Assembly: GCA_964371355.1 (NCBI GenBank) | Contig: CAYJMG010000002.1 | Span: 86,883-150,882 of the forward strand | Reading direction: 5' to 3' | Source of the DNA: an uncultured Dehalococcoidia bacterium | Lineage (GTDB): Bacteria; Chloroflexota; Dehalococcoidia; DSTF01; JACRBR01 | Length of the DNA stretch: 64,000 bases | In this document: positions 38,387 through 47,286 of the stretch, piece by piece | Layout: every line of letters starts with the position of its first letter | How positions within the stretch are numbered: position 1 is the stretch's first letter | The notes under the pieces: model-generated | What the model was told of the DNA's origin: nothing | What the model saw: only the letters and a program-made list of their open reading frames with translations | Databases searched by the model: none | Position numbers and translations under genes: made by a program

Positions 38387-40150
38387 ATGCAGAGTAACGA
38401 CGACGGTCGCCGAGGCGACGGCACGCGGCGCGGCGGCATGCGCCCCACCATGACGCCCGATCGGCAGGGCGATCGCCGCGGCCCCTTCGACCGCATCCTC
38501 CGCACCACCGAGCCCTCCGGCCCGGAAGGGCCCGACCGCGCGGCGATCTATGTCGCCGGCGCGATCCTGGGGTTGGCGATCCTGCTGCTGGTGCTCCTGC
38601 TGCCGCCTGTCTCGATCCTCTCGGGCGACGACGACGGGGGTCCGCCCCAGGCCGGTCCCGGCACCGCAGACAAGTACACGTCCACAGTCCGCGGAAGCAT
38701 GCCCAAGCTGCCGGAGGGGCTGGTCGCCGCATCGGCGATGTTCGATCTGGCTGCCCCGGAAGACGAGCAGGGAGCATCGCGCGTCACGGTGCCGCTGAAG
38801 GACAAGCAGACCGAAGCGCGGAACCTCGGCCTGTACACCTACGTCGATGGCGGCTGGCAGCGGCTCTCTGACATTACGCTCGTCGTCGGGGGAGAGGCGG
38901 CGCGCGGCGACGTGAGCGCGCTGCCGGGCAACGTGGCGGTGCTGAAACGCAGCAAGTCGACGCTGCAGGTCGCGGGGATCCTGCCCGCCGGCGCGACGGT
39001 CGACCCGAACGCCGAATCCTCGCTCACCGTGGTGCACCCCATCGTATTCCTGACCACACCCGACGGGAAGCTCGCCGGTACGCCGCCGGCCGTGCCGCCC
39101 GCCGGATATAAGGTCGTGCCCGGCGTGGTGACGCTCGATCCGAACATCATCGATGACATCCTGCGGTCATCGGAGTTGCAGGCGGTGCACGCGACGCAGA
39201 TCGCGGATGCGGTGCGCAGCGGCAACTACGAGGGCATCAACATCGACTACCGCTCGGTGAACCCGCAGCTTCGCAGCCAGTTCACCAGTTTCATCGAGCT
39301 GGTGTCGAAGGCGCTGAAGGCCGACAGCCGTACGCTGACGCTCACGCTGCCCATGCCAACCGCGACGGATGGCGAGATGGACACGGGCGCGTACGACTGG
39401 GACACGCTGGGCACGCTGGTGGACACGATTGAGGTGGCGCCCGCGGACCTGGACCAGGAGCTGTATTTCCAGCGGGCGGAGACGGCGCTGGACTACATCA
39501 CCGAGCGCGTGGACAAGACGAAGATCTCGCTGGTCATCAGCTCGCTCAGCGTCGAGCGTGGCAGCGACGGGCTGCAGGCGATCTCGCTCGACGAGGCCCT
39601 GGCGATTGCGGCCGCTGTCGACGTGAAGTCAACGGACGGCATTACGCCGAGCGAGCAGGTGCAGATTGTCGCCCGGAACCTGGCTCCTTCGGAAGGCGCC
39701 AGCGGCCTGGCGTGGGACGACACCGCGCGCGCCGTGACCTTCAGCTATAACGGCGCCGGCGGCAAACGGACGGTCTGGATCGCGAACGCCTTCAGCGTCG
39801 CTTTCCGGCTGGAGCTGGCGCAGCGGTACGAGCTGGGCGGCGTCGTCATCAACGACGTGTCGCTGCAGGGCGGCCCGGCCGACGTCTGGGCGCCGGTGCA
39901 GCAGATCGCTGATACGGGGCAGCTCTCGCTTTCGAAGCCGAATGGCGAGCTGCTGGTGCCGGCGTGGACGGTGGCCGACGGGGCGGGGAGCATCACGCCG
40001 TCGACGGGCACGTCGGTCGCGTGGACGGCGCCGAATGAAGCCGGCTCGTACACCATCACGATTATCGTCAGCGACGGCATCGACCGGGCGGGGCAGACCA
40101 TACCGCTCGACGTTTCGGCGCCAGAGGCTCCCGCGGAGCCGGCCGAGTAA
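38387..40150 (+). CDS. membrane-anchored GH18-like (chitinase-fold) protein, predicted non-catalytic
   Basis: N-terminal TM. The GH18 β4 motif reads NYEGINIDYRS, where the canonical DxxDxDxE Glu is Arg. Start is uncertain. Confidence 0.55.
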   Translation: MQSNDDGRRGDGTRRGGMRPTMTPDRQGDRRGPFDRILRTTEPSGPEGPDRAAIYVAGAILGLAILLLVLLLPPVSILSGDDDGGPPQAGPGTADKYTSTVRGSMPKLPEGLVAASAMFDLAAPEDEQGASRVTVPLKDKQTEARNLGLYTYVDGGWQRLSDITLVVGGEAARGDVSALPGNVAVLKRSKSTLQVAGILPAGATVDPNAESSLTVVHPIVFLTTPDGKLAGTPPAVPPAGYKVVPGVVTLDPNIIDDILRSSELQAVHATQIADAVRSGNYEGINIDYRSVNPQLRSQFTSFIELVSKALKADSRTLTLTLPMPTATDGEMDTGAYDWDTLGTLVDTIEVAPADLDQELYFQRAETALDYITERVDKTKISLVISSLSVERGSDGLQAISLDEALAIAAAVDVKSTDGITPSEQVQIVARNLAPSEGASGLAWDDTARAVTFSYNGAGGKRTVWIANAFSVAFRLELAQRYELGGVVINDVSLQGGPADVWAPVQQIADTGQLSLSKPNGELLVPAWTVADGAGSITPSTGTSVAWTAPNEAGSYTITIIVSDGIDRAGQTIPLDVSAPEAPAEPAE

Positions 40151-40199
40151 GAAAAAAGCAACGCAGGGAGCAAAACGCGAAAGGGGGGCAGTGTGCTTC

Positions 40200-40931
40200 T
40201 CAGCCGGTGGGCTTCTGCCACCGCATCACGTTGAAGTACGGCACGCGAAACCAGTTCTCGAACTCCGGGTCCGACCGCAACGACTCGTCCTCCGGCACCG
40301 GTTCGTCGAAGGAACGCAGTGCCAGGCCAGCCGCGAGGTACGCCTGCATGTAGGCCGACAGCGGCCGGTGGTAGTTCTTGATGCGGATGCCGCGCCACTC
40401 GTACCACTCCGCGCGTTCGTCCGCGTAGTGGTCCAGGGCGAAGTACAGGCGCCGGCCGTCGGCGTGGCGCAGCCAACCCGAGTTCGGGAATGCGTTGGCG
40501 CTTGTGAAGCCCAGGTTCGCGGCGACGATGGAGCCACCCGGCTTCAACACACGCGCGCACTCGCCGATCGCACCGCGATAGTCCGGGATGTCGACGAGCG
40601 TGATGTAGCTGACGACCACGTCGAACGTCCCATCCTGAAACGGAAGCCGTGCGGCATCGGAGAGCGCAAAGTCGCCCGGATTCCGCTCGTGCGCGGTCGA
40701 CACCATCTCCGGGGTAACGTCGATACCTACACAACTCGCGCCGCGCTCAGCCAGCATGCGGCAGAAGCGGCCATCGCCACAGCCGAGGTCCAGCACGCGT
40801 TTGCCCGCGATGTCGCCGCACAGGCGGAGCATGATCGGATCGAGGAGTACGATGCGGCTCGGGTCGCCTCCGTCCTGGAAATCGATGAACGCGCGAGCCG
40901 ACGCGATCCAGCCTCCGAGGTTGTCGGGCAT
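40200..40931 (-). CDS. class I SAM-dependent methyltransferase
   Basis: VLDLGCGDGRF motif I. ATG at 40931. The upstream extension lacks homology. Confidence 0.8.
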   Translation of the reverse strand: MPDNLGGWIASARAFIDFQDGGDPSRIVLLDPIMLRLCGDIAGKRVLDLGCGDGRFCRMLAERGASCVGIDVTPEMVSTAHERNPGDFALSDAARLPFQDGTFDVVVSYITLVDIPDYRGAIGECARVLKPGGSIVAANLGFTSANAFPNSGWLRHADGRRLYFALDHYADERAEWYEWRGIRIKNYHRPLSAYMQAYLAAGLALRSFDEPVPEDESLRSDPEFENWFRVPYFNVMRWQKPTG

Positions 40932-41052
40932 GTGATGCTCCCGTGGATCCAGTCTGGTGGCCAGCCATTCTACCCTGCGCGGCTCCGGCCGCGACCGGCT
41001 GGAACTGTCCACTGTTCCCCCTTCGCCACGCCCTCCACGTATCCTGCACGGG

Positions 41053-41682
41053 ATGCTGCGCATTATCGGGGGATCGGCGCGGGGACGAAGGCTGAAGGGC
41101 CCGCCGGAGCGGCGCGCCTCCCGGCACCCACGCCCCGGCCTCACCCGCACGGCCATCCACGCCGAGACGCGGCCGACGTCCGACCTCATCCGCGGGGTCA
41201 TCTTCGACATGCTGGACGCGATGGGCGCCGACTACGCCCGCGTCCTCGACCTGTACGCCGGCACCGGTGCGCTGGGCATCGAAGCGCTGAGCCGGGGCGA
41301 AGGGACGGCCGACTTCGTGGAACGCGATCCAGCGACAGCGGGCATTATCGGGGAGAACCTGCGGACCTGCGGATTCGAGTCGCGCGGAGGCGTGCACCGC
41401 TTGACAACGGAGCGGGCGGCGGTGCGACTGTCAGATTCGGGCCCGTACACCCTTATTCTCGCCGACCCGCCGTATTACGATGAGGGCGCGCCGGAGGCCG
41501 TGCGGGCCGTCGCCGCTTCGCTGCTGGCGGGCCCGGAGACTGTGTTCGTGTACGAGCACCATCGCCGGACACCGCCGCCCGCGATGCTGGGCAGCCTGCC
41601 GCTCTACCGGTCGCGCCGTCACGGCGACACCGTCGTGTCGATTTATGCGGCGGGAGGCCCGGAAGGAGAGGAGCCAACGTGA
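41053..41682 (+). CDS. rsmD: 16S rRNA (guanine966-N2)-methyltransferase
   Basis: IIGGSARGRRL and LADPPY motifs. Lies immediately upstream of coaD, a conserved pair. Confidence 0.85.
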   Translation: MLRIIGGSARGRRLKGPPERRASRHPRPGLTRTAIHAETRPTSDLIRGVIFDMLDAMGADYARVLDLYAGTGALGIEALSRGEGTADFVERDPATAGIIGENLRTCGFESRGGVHRLTTERAAVRLSDSGPYTLILADPPYYDEGAPEAVRAVAASLLAGPETVFVYEHHRRTPPPAMLGSLPLYRSRRHGDTVVSIYAAGGPEGEEPT

Positions 41683-42164
41683 ACATCGCGCTCTTTCCCG
41701 GGCGGTTCGACCCGGTCACCAACGGCCACCGCGACATCGCCCGCCGCGCTGCCCGCATGTTCGACCGGCTCATCATCGCCGCCGCCGAGCTCCGATCTAA
41801 CTACCTGTTCACCACGGACGAGCGTGTCGCCCTGCTGAAGGAGGCGCTGCGGGATCTCCCAAACGTCGAGGTCACGTCGTTCTCTGGGCTGACCGTCGAG
41901 TTTGCCCGCAAGGTGGGAGCCACCGTGATAGTGCGCTCGATGCGCGGGAACACGGACTTCGAGGCCGAGTTCGATATGGCCCTGATGAACAAGAAAATGG
42001 CCCCGGAGATCGAATCCGTCTACATGATGGCCAGCCTCGAGCACCTGTTCATCAGCGGCACGCGTATCCGTGAGGTGTCCGGGCTGGGATATGATGTGAG
42101 CGACCTCGTGCCGCCCCACGTGTTCGAGGCGTTGCAGAAGAAGAACGCCGCGCGCGGGCGGTGA
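41679..42164 (+). CDS. coaD: phosphopantetheine adenylyltransferase
   Basis: ALFPGRFDPVTNGH nucleotidyltransferase motif. 161 aa. GTG start overlaps the rsmD stop. Confidence 0.9.
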   Translation: MNIALFPGRFDPVTNGHRDIARRAARMFDRLIIAAAELRSNYLFTTDERVALLKEALRDLPNVEVTSFSGLTVEFARKVGATVIVRSMRGNTDFEAEFDMALMNKKMAPEIESVYMMASLEHLFISGTRIREVSGLGYDVSDLVPPHVFEALQKKNAARGR

Positions 42165-42252
42165 AGGTGCGGAAGCAGGCGCGGCCGCCCGGGACGCGCG
42201 CGCAGGGAGGTGGGCCATCGATTCACTGCATCTGATCGACCGCCTGGAGGAA

Positions 42253-42750
42253 ATGATCGCCGAGGGGCGCCGCATGCCCATCGGCGCCGGGATCGTCGTC
42301 GACCGCCGCCGCCTGCTCGACCTCGTCGACCAGATGCGGGCGGCGCTTCCCAACGAGATCCGCGAGGCGGAAGAGATCCTTACCCGCCGCGACGAGATGA
42401 TGGAGCGCGCCGACGAAGAGGCGCAGATCAAGCTGCGCCGCGCGCAGGATCAGGTCGACCAGATCCTCGAGAACGACGCCATCGTGAAGGAGGCGCAGGC
42501 CCGCGCCGATATGCTGGTGCGCGAAGCCGACGCGCGGTGCGACGGCATGCTGCAGGACGCCGCGGTGCAGGCGAAGTCGCGCCTGGCCGAGGCAGAGAAG
42601 CTGGCCGGAGAGCAGATGGACGAGGCCGACCGCTACGCGATGGAGATCCTCCAGCGCCTCGATGAACAACTCGGCCAGTTCACGCAGAACGTCCGGATCG
42701 CGCTGGACTCCATGGACACCCGGCCCGAGGAAGTCTCAGCTCGCGTCTAG
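42253..42750 (+). CDS. hypothetical coiled-coil protein (DivIVA/ATP-synthase-b-like heptad region)
   Basis: About 165 aa, largely helical with a charged heptad pattern. The N-terminus may extend upstream from a non-ATG start after GGAGG at 42206. Confidence 0.45.
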   Translation: MIAEGRRMPIGAGIVVDRRRLLDLVDQMRAALPNEIREAEEILTRRDEMMERADEEAQIKLRRAQDQVDQILENDAIVKEAQARADMLVREADARCDGMLQDAAVQAKSRLAEAEKLAGEQMDEADRYAMEILQRLDEQLGQFTQNVRIALDSMDTRPEEVSARV

Positions 42751-42993
42751 GCCCCGGTGGCCTCGCGGCCCGGCGGCTGGCTTTGCTCTTTGGTGGTCGC
42801 AAATGGCTACCGAGAAGGGCCCGAGCACGGGATTCGACCAATCAAGCAAGGCGGCACTCGGGCCCTTCCGGCGCCAGTAGTTCGGTGGCGGGGTTAGGGG
42901 CGAAGATACTCCTCAGCGCGCCGCGATATCAAGCCCACATAGGATGTAACCGTCCTCTCCGTCAAGATTCCCGCCGGTTGGTACGCTGGCGGC

Positions 42994-44031
42994 GTGAACC
43001 GGCAGCCGTTCGTCTCCATCCTCGTCCCGGTGCGCAACGAAGAGCGCTACATCGAGCGCTGCCTCTACTCGATCGCCGCGCAAGACTACCCCCGCGACCG
43101 CCTCGAGGTGCTGGTCATAGACGGCCAGTCCACCGATAGCACGCGTCAGGTCGTCTCGAGGTTCGCCGCCGAGTCCACGCTCGACCTGCGGCTGCTGCAG
43201 AACCCGCGGCAGCGCACCGCGCCCGCCCTCAACATCGGCCTGCGGGCGGCGCGCGGCGAAGTCATCACGCACGTCGATGGCCACGCCTCCGTCGCCCACG
43301 ACTTCATCCGCCGCAGTGTTGAGGCGCTGGAGCAGACGGGGGCTGACGCCGTGGGCGGTGTGATCGACAGCGAGGGGGACACGCCCCTGGGTGAAGCGAT
43401 CGCGCTTGCCATGTCCTCCCGCTTCGGCGTGGGTGGCGCGGCGTTCCGCGTCGGGGGCGAAGGGGCCGCCGATACGGTGGCGTTCGGCGCCTACCGCCGG
43501 GAGGTGTTCGACCGTATTGGCGGCTTCGCAGAGGACATCGACAAGGGGGAGGACGACGAGTTCAACTACCGCCTGCTCGACGCTGGCGGGACCATCGTCA
43601 TCGTGCCAGGTATCCGCGCCACGTACACCGCCCGGGGCGACCTGCGCGGACTCTGGCATCAGTACTTCGGCTACGGCCGCGCGAAGGTGCAGGTGCTGCG
43701 GCGGCATCCGGCGCAGGCCCGCCTGCGCCAGCTCGTGCCCGGCCTCTTCGCTGGCGCGCTGGGAGTCTCGGCAATTCTCGCGCTCTTTGGCGAGAAACGT
43801 GCGTTTCGGTACCTCGTGCGGGTGTATACTCTGGCTGCCACCACAGCATCCTTCGCCTTGGCCAGACGGCACGGTTGGCGGCACCTCCCCGTGTTGCCGC
43901 CGATCTTTGCCTGTCTGCATGTAGCCTACGGGCTGGGATTTCTGGCCGGCCTCCTGGGGCTCGCCGGCAGGGTCCTGACTCGTACTGCGCGGCCGCCGGG
44001 CGCTCGCCAGAGCACGGAAGCACCGACGTAA
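42994..44031 (+). CDS. family 2 glycosyltransferase with C-terminal TM helices
   Basis: SILVPVRNEERYIERCL, DGQSTD and ED/DxD motifs of GT-A GT2. GTG start. Confidence 0.85.
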   Translation: MNRQPFVSILVPVRNEERYIERCLYSIAAQDYPRDRLEVLVIDGQSTDSTRQVVSRFAAESTLDLRLLQNPRQRTAPALNIGLRAARGEVITHVDGHASVAHDFIRRSVEALEQTGADAVGGVIDSEGDTPLGEAIALAMSSRFGVGGAAFRVGGEGAADTVAFGAYRREVFDRIGGFAEDIDKGEDDEFNYRLLDAGGTIVIVPGIRATYTARGDLRGLWHQYFGYGRAKVQVLRRHPAQARLRQLVPGLFAGALGVSAILALFGEKRAFRYLVRVYTLAATTASFALARRHGWRHLPVLPPIFACLHVAYGLGFLAGLLGLAGRVLTRTARPPGARQSTEAPT

Positions 44032-44182
44032 GCGCAGGGGGGAGCACCGAAGACCGTCGGGACGCGGACGCCACCAGACTAGCGCCATCCACGATTCCAG
44101 GCGGCACTTTGGGCAGCGGGACGCGCAGCCGAGGCAACCGGCGCCGTCCTCGTGGGCAGCGCGCACACCGGCGCGAACCAAG

Positions 44183-44300
44183 CCGGGCGTCATCCGGGCC
44201 ACCGATGACGCCCGGTTCTGCGTCCCGGCGCCGGAGAGGCCGATTCGAATCTGCGTTGACATGGCGTCAGATTCGAATCCTGTGGCCTTGCCGATTCGGA
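44183..44300. promoter_or_regulatory. cluster of palindromes upstream of the sugar-biosynthesis operon: a 10-bp stem hairpin plus three copies of GATTCGAATC
   Basis: GGGCGTCATC...GATGACGCCC hairpin at 44186-44214. GATTCGAATC is a perfect 10-bp palindrome. Two exact copies at 44241-44250 and 44270-44279 form arms of a larger inverted repeat around a TTGACA. A degenerate third copy lies at about 44292. Confidence 0.4.
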
Positions 44301-44328
44301 ATGGCCCAGTTGCTACCATACGTCGCGG

Positions 44329-44745
44329 ATGTACTTCACCCGCTTCGGCTACTTCGTCATCGTCTCCATCATCGTCGTCGCCATCGCGGCAGTCTTCTTC
44401 GTCGTCTGGCCCTTCGATGACAGCGGTGGAGGCGGGAGCGGCACGTCGACGGCGCCGACCCCGACAGCGGCGGCGGGTGCGACTCCCACCGGCGACCCGA
44501 TCCCGGAGATGGCCTTCGAGCGGGTGATCGACTTCGCGACGTACGGCGCCGTGGTCAGCATCGAAGTGACGGGAGGCGAGATCCTGGTGAACCTCAACCC
44601 CGGCTTCGATGTCAGCGGCCTCGGCACGTCTTCGCACACATTCCGCACCGCGCTGCCCGAAGGCGCGAACAGCGTGGAAGAAGCCCTCCAGGCCTCCGGC
44701 ATCGAGGTCAACGGCGAGACCGGCGTCCCGGTCGTCCGGCGATGA
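44329..44745 (+). CDS. small membrane-anchored protein, first gene of the nucleotide-sugar operon
   Basis: N-terminal TM FGYFVIVSIIVVAIAAVFFVVW, then a Gly/Thr/Pro linker and a 70-aa domain. The stop overlaps the next gene's start. Confidence 0.5.
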   Translation: MYFTRFGYFVIVSIIVVAIAAVFFVVWPFDDSGGGGSGTSTAPTPTAAAGATPTGDPIPEMAFERVIDFATYGAVVSIEVTGGEILVNLNPGFDVSGLGTSSHTFRTALPEGANSVEEALQASGIEVNGETGVPVVRR

Positions 44746-45908
44746 ACGAGCACGAAGACTTCCTGCCCTACAACCTCCCCGACATCTCCGATGCGGAGAT
44801 CGATGCCGTCGTCGAGACGCTGAAGTCCGGGTGGCTTGCGCCGGGGCCCCGCGTGAAGGCGTTCGAGGAAGACTTCGCCGCGCTCGCCGGCACGAAGCAC
44901 GCGATTGCACTCGACTCGGCCACCGCCGGCATGCACCTGGCGCTCATCGCCCTCGGCATCGGGCCCGGCGACGAGGTGATCACGACGCCGACAACCTTCG
45001 CGGCCAGCGTCAACGTCATCATCCATGCGGGCGCCACGCCGGTGTTGGCGGACGTGCGACTGGACGATTACTGCTTGGATCCGGAGGCCGTGACGCGGGC
45101 GATCACCCCGCGGACGAAGGCGATCCTGCCGGTGCACCACGCGGGGTCGGCGTGTCGGATGCGAGAGCTGCTCGCGATCGCGAAGGAGCACAACCTCCGC
45201 ATCGTCGAGGACGCTGCGCACGGCCTCGGCACGTACATCGATGCCCGGCACATCGGCGCCTTCGGCGACGCCACCGTCTTCAGCTTCTATCCGACCAAGA
45301 ACGTGACCACGGGCCGCGGCGGCATGCTGACCACAAATGACGACGCGCTTGCCGAACGTTGCCGGTTGCTGGCCCTGCACGGCATGAACAACGACGCGTG
45401 GGACCGATACACCGCGCGCGGCTCCTGGGCGTACCAGGTGCTGGCGGCGGGCTACAACTACACGATGTCGGATTTCCAGGCGGCGCTGGGTCACGCGCAG
45501 TTCCGCCGGCTGGACGAGTTCCAACGCCGGCGCACCGACACCGCGCTGGAGTTCAACCGCCGCTTCGGCGCGATGCCGGAGCTTGTACTGCCTGTTGAGC
45601 GCGAGGGCAGTACGCACGCCTGGCACCTGTACGTCGTGCGGCTGCGGCCGGAGAGGCTTACAATTTCACGAGACCAGTTCATCATCGATATGAAAGAGCG
45701 GGGCATCGGCACGTCGGTCCACTTCATCCCGATCCACCACCACCCGTACTACCGCGAGACGTTCGGGTGGGCCCCCGGCGACTTCCCCGTCGCCGACGAG
45801 GCGTTCGAGACCATGGTGTCGCTGCCGCTCTACACCCGCATGACCGATAGCGCCGTCGACCGCGTCATCACCGCCGTCGAGGAGATCGTTCGAGGCCACC
45901 GGACCTGA
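44742..45908 (+). CDS. DegT/DnrJ/EryC1/StrS-family PLP sugar aminotransferase (PglE/WbpE-like)
   Basis: Fold-type I AAT family. Matches FSFYPTKNVTTGRGGMLTTND, including the PLP Lys. Confidence 0.9.
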   Translation: MNEHEDFLPYNLPDISDAEIDAVVETLKSGWLAPGPRVKAFEEDFAALAGTKHAIALDSATAGMHLALIALGIGPGDEVITTPTTFAASVNVIIHAGATPVLADVRLDDYCLDPEAVTRAITPRTKAILPVHHAGSACRMRELLAIAKEHNLRIVEDAAHGLGTYIDARHIGAFGDATVFSFYPTKNVTTGRGGMLTTNDDALAERCRLLALHGMNNDAWDRYTARGSWAYQVLAAGYNYTMSDFQAALGHAQFRRLDEFQRRRTDTALEFNRRFGAMPELVLPVEREGSTHAWHLYVVRLRPERLTISRDQFIIDMKERGIGTSVHFIPIHHHPYYRETFGWAPGDFPVADEAFETMVSLPLYTRMTDSAVDRVITAVEEIVRGHRT

Positions 45909-45913
45909 AACCC

Positions 45914-46504
45914 ATGCTCACCCGTCTTCGAGACATCATCGTCGCCGTTCTCGGCCTGGCGCTCTTCATCGCGACGTATCCGATCATCGCCATCGCCATC
46001 AAGATCGATTCGCGGGGGCCCGTCATCTATACGCAGACCCGCGTCGGCCTCCGCGGGAAGCGGTTCACGATGTACAAGTACCGTTCGATGTCGCACGAGG
46101 GGCACAAGCCGTACGAGACCCCGAAGCTGGAGCCGATCCACTTCAAGACGTTCATCTTCACGACGCCGACCTCGCGCCTGACCCGGGTGGGCAGGTTCTT
46201 GCGATCCACCAGCCTGGACGAACTCCCGAACCTCTGGAACGTTCTGTTGGGCGACATGTCGCTGGTCGGTCCGCGGCCCGAGATCCCGGAGCTGGTCGAG
46301 CAGTACCCGGCGGAGTACCATCGCCGCCACGAGGTGAAGCCCGGTATCACCGGTCTTGCGCAGGTCAACGGCCGCGCCGACCTCTCCTACGACGACACCA
46401 TGCGGTACGACATCGAGTACGTGAACAGCCACTCGTTCGCGGGCGATCTGAAGATCCTCTGGCGCACGATCACCGTCGTGGTGTCGCGCCAGGGCGCCCG
46501 CTGA
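45914..46504 (+). CDS. small polyprenyl-phosphate sugar-1-phosphate transferase (PglC/WbaP-C-terminal-domain family)
   Basis: Re-entrant helix, KFRTM-like YKYRSM motif, and LDELPNLWNVLLGDMSLVGPRP. Confidence 0.85.
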   Translation: MLTRLRDIIVAVLGLALFIATYPIIAIAIKIDSRGPVIYTQTRVGLRGKRFTMYKYRSMSHEGHKPYETPKLEPIHFKTFIFTTPTSRLTRVGRFLRSTSLDELPNLWNVLLGDMSLVGPRPEIPELVEQYPAEYHRRHEVKPGITGLAQVNGRADLSYDDTMRYDIEYVNSHSFAGDLKILWRTITVVVSRQGAR

Positions 46505-46535
46505 AGAAACGTGTATACTTCCTATCGAGGTTGCC

Positions 46536-46799
46536 ATGGTGACAACAACACGACGTACCACGGCTCGGGCGAAGGCCGCACGCCGTCCACCGCCCAGGAC
46601 CGAGCATCTTGAATCCACCGCACGGCGAAGCGAGGTCATCGCCGAGATTCTCGCTACGCAGCCTGCATTCGACCCCAAGAAGTGGGCCCTGGAAGTACGG
46701 GCGATGCGCGCGCGCGCCAAGCTGAAGAGTCCCGCGCCGCGGCAACCGTGGACTCGCGAGGATCTGTATGAAGACCGACTCTCGCGATACGCTCGTTGA
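46536..46799 (+). CDS. putative antitoxin of VapBC pair
   Basis: 87-aa basic protein overlapping the vapC start by 32 nt. No clear family. Confidence 0.45.
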   Translation: MVTTTRRTTARAKAARRPPPRTEHLESTARRSEVIAEILATQPAFDPKKWALEVRAMRARAKLKSPAPRQPWTREDLYEDRLSRYAR

Positions 46800-47232
46800 C
46801 ACCAACATCCTTGGATACTGTTACGACAACACAGCTCCCACCAAGCAGGAGCGTGCGATTCATATTGTCGATCGCATCGCGCGCAGTCAGACCGGATTGA
46901 TCAGCACGCAGGTGCTCTCCGAGTTCTACAACACGCTCACGCGGAAGCTCTCGCCTCGAATGACCGCCACCGAGGCCGAACGCGCGTGCAGGGAGATGCT
47001 GGCCGCCTTCTGGGTGTGGCCGACAGGCATGAGCGTCATCCAAGGCGCGTGGCGCGGCGTACGGCAGCACGGGTTCAACTACTGGGATGCACTGATCTGG
47101 GCCGCAGCCCGCGAGGCAGGTGCCACAACGGTGCTCACGGAGGATTTCACCAGCGGCTCCGCCATCGAAGGCGTCACGTTCCTTAATCCCTTCATCGAAT
47201 CCTTCGACATCGACGCCTTCCTGGCCCGCTGA
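46768..47232 (+). CDS. vapC: PIN-domain ribonuclease toxin
   Basis: LVDTNIL N-terminal PIN acidic residue, with further conserved Asp/Glu (TEDFT). 154 aa. Confidence 0.8.
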   Translation: MKTDSRDTLVDTNILGYCYDNTAPTKQERAIHIVDRIARSQTGLISTQVLSEFYNTLTRKLSPRMTATEAERACREMLAAFWVWPTGMSVIQGAWRGVRQHGFNYWDALIWAAAREAGATTVLTEDFTSGSAIEGVTFLNPFIESFDIDAFLAR

Positions 47233-47286
47233 TCACCGCTTTTCAGCGCACACCTGCCCTTCCGCACCTCTGATAAGCTACTGCCG

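Noticed and set aside
44270-44300. tRNA-like T-arm (…GATTCGAATCC…)
   Set aside because: No acceptor, D or anticodon arms could be folded around it. The motif is better explained as a repeated palindrome.
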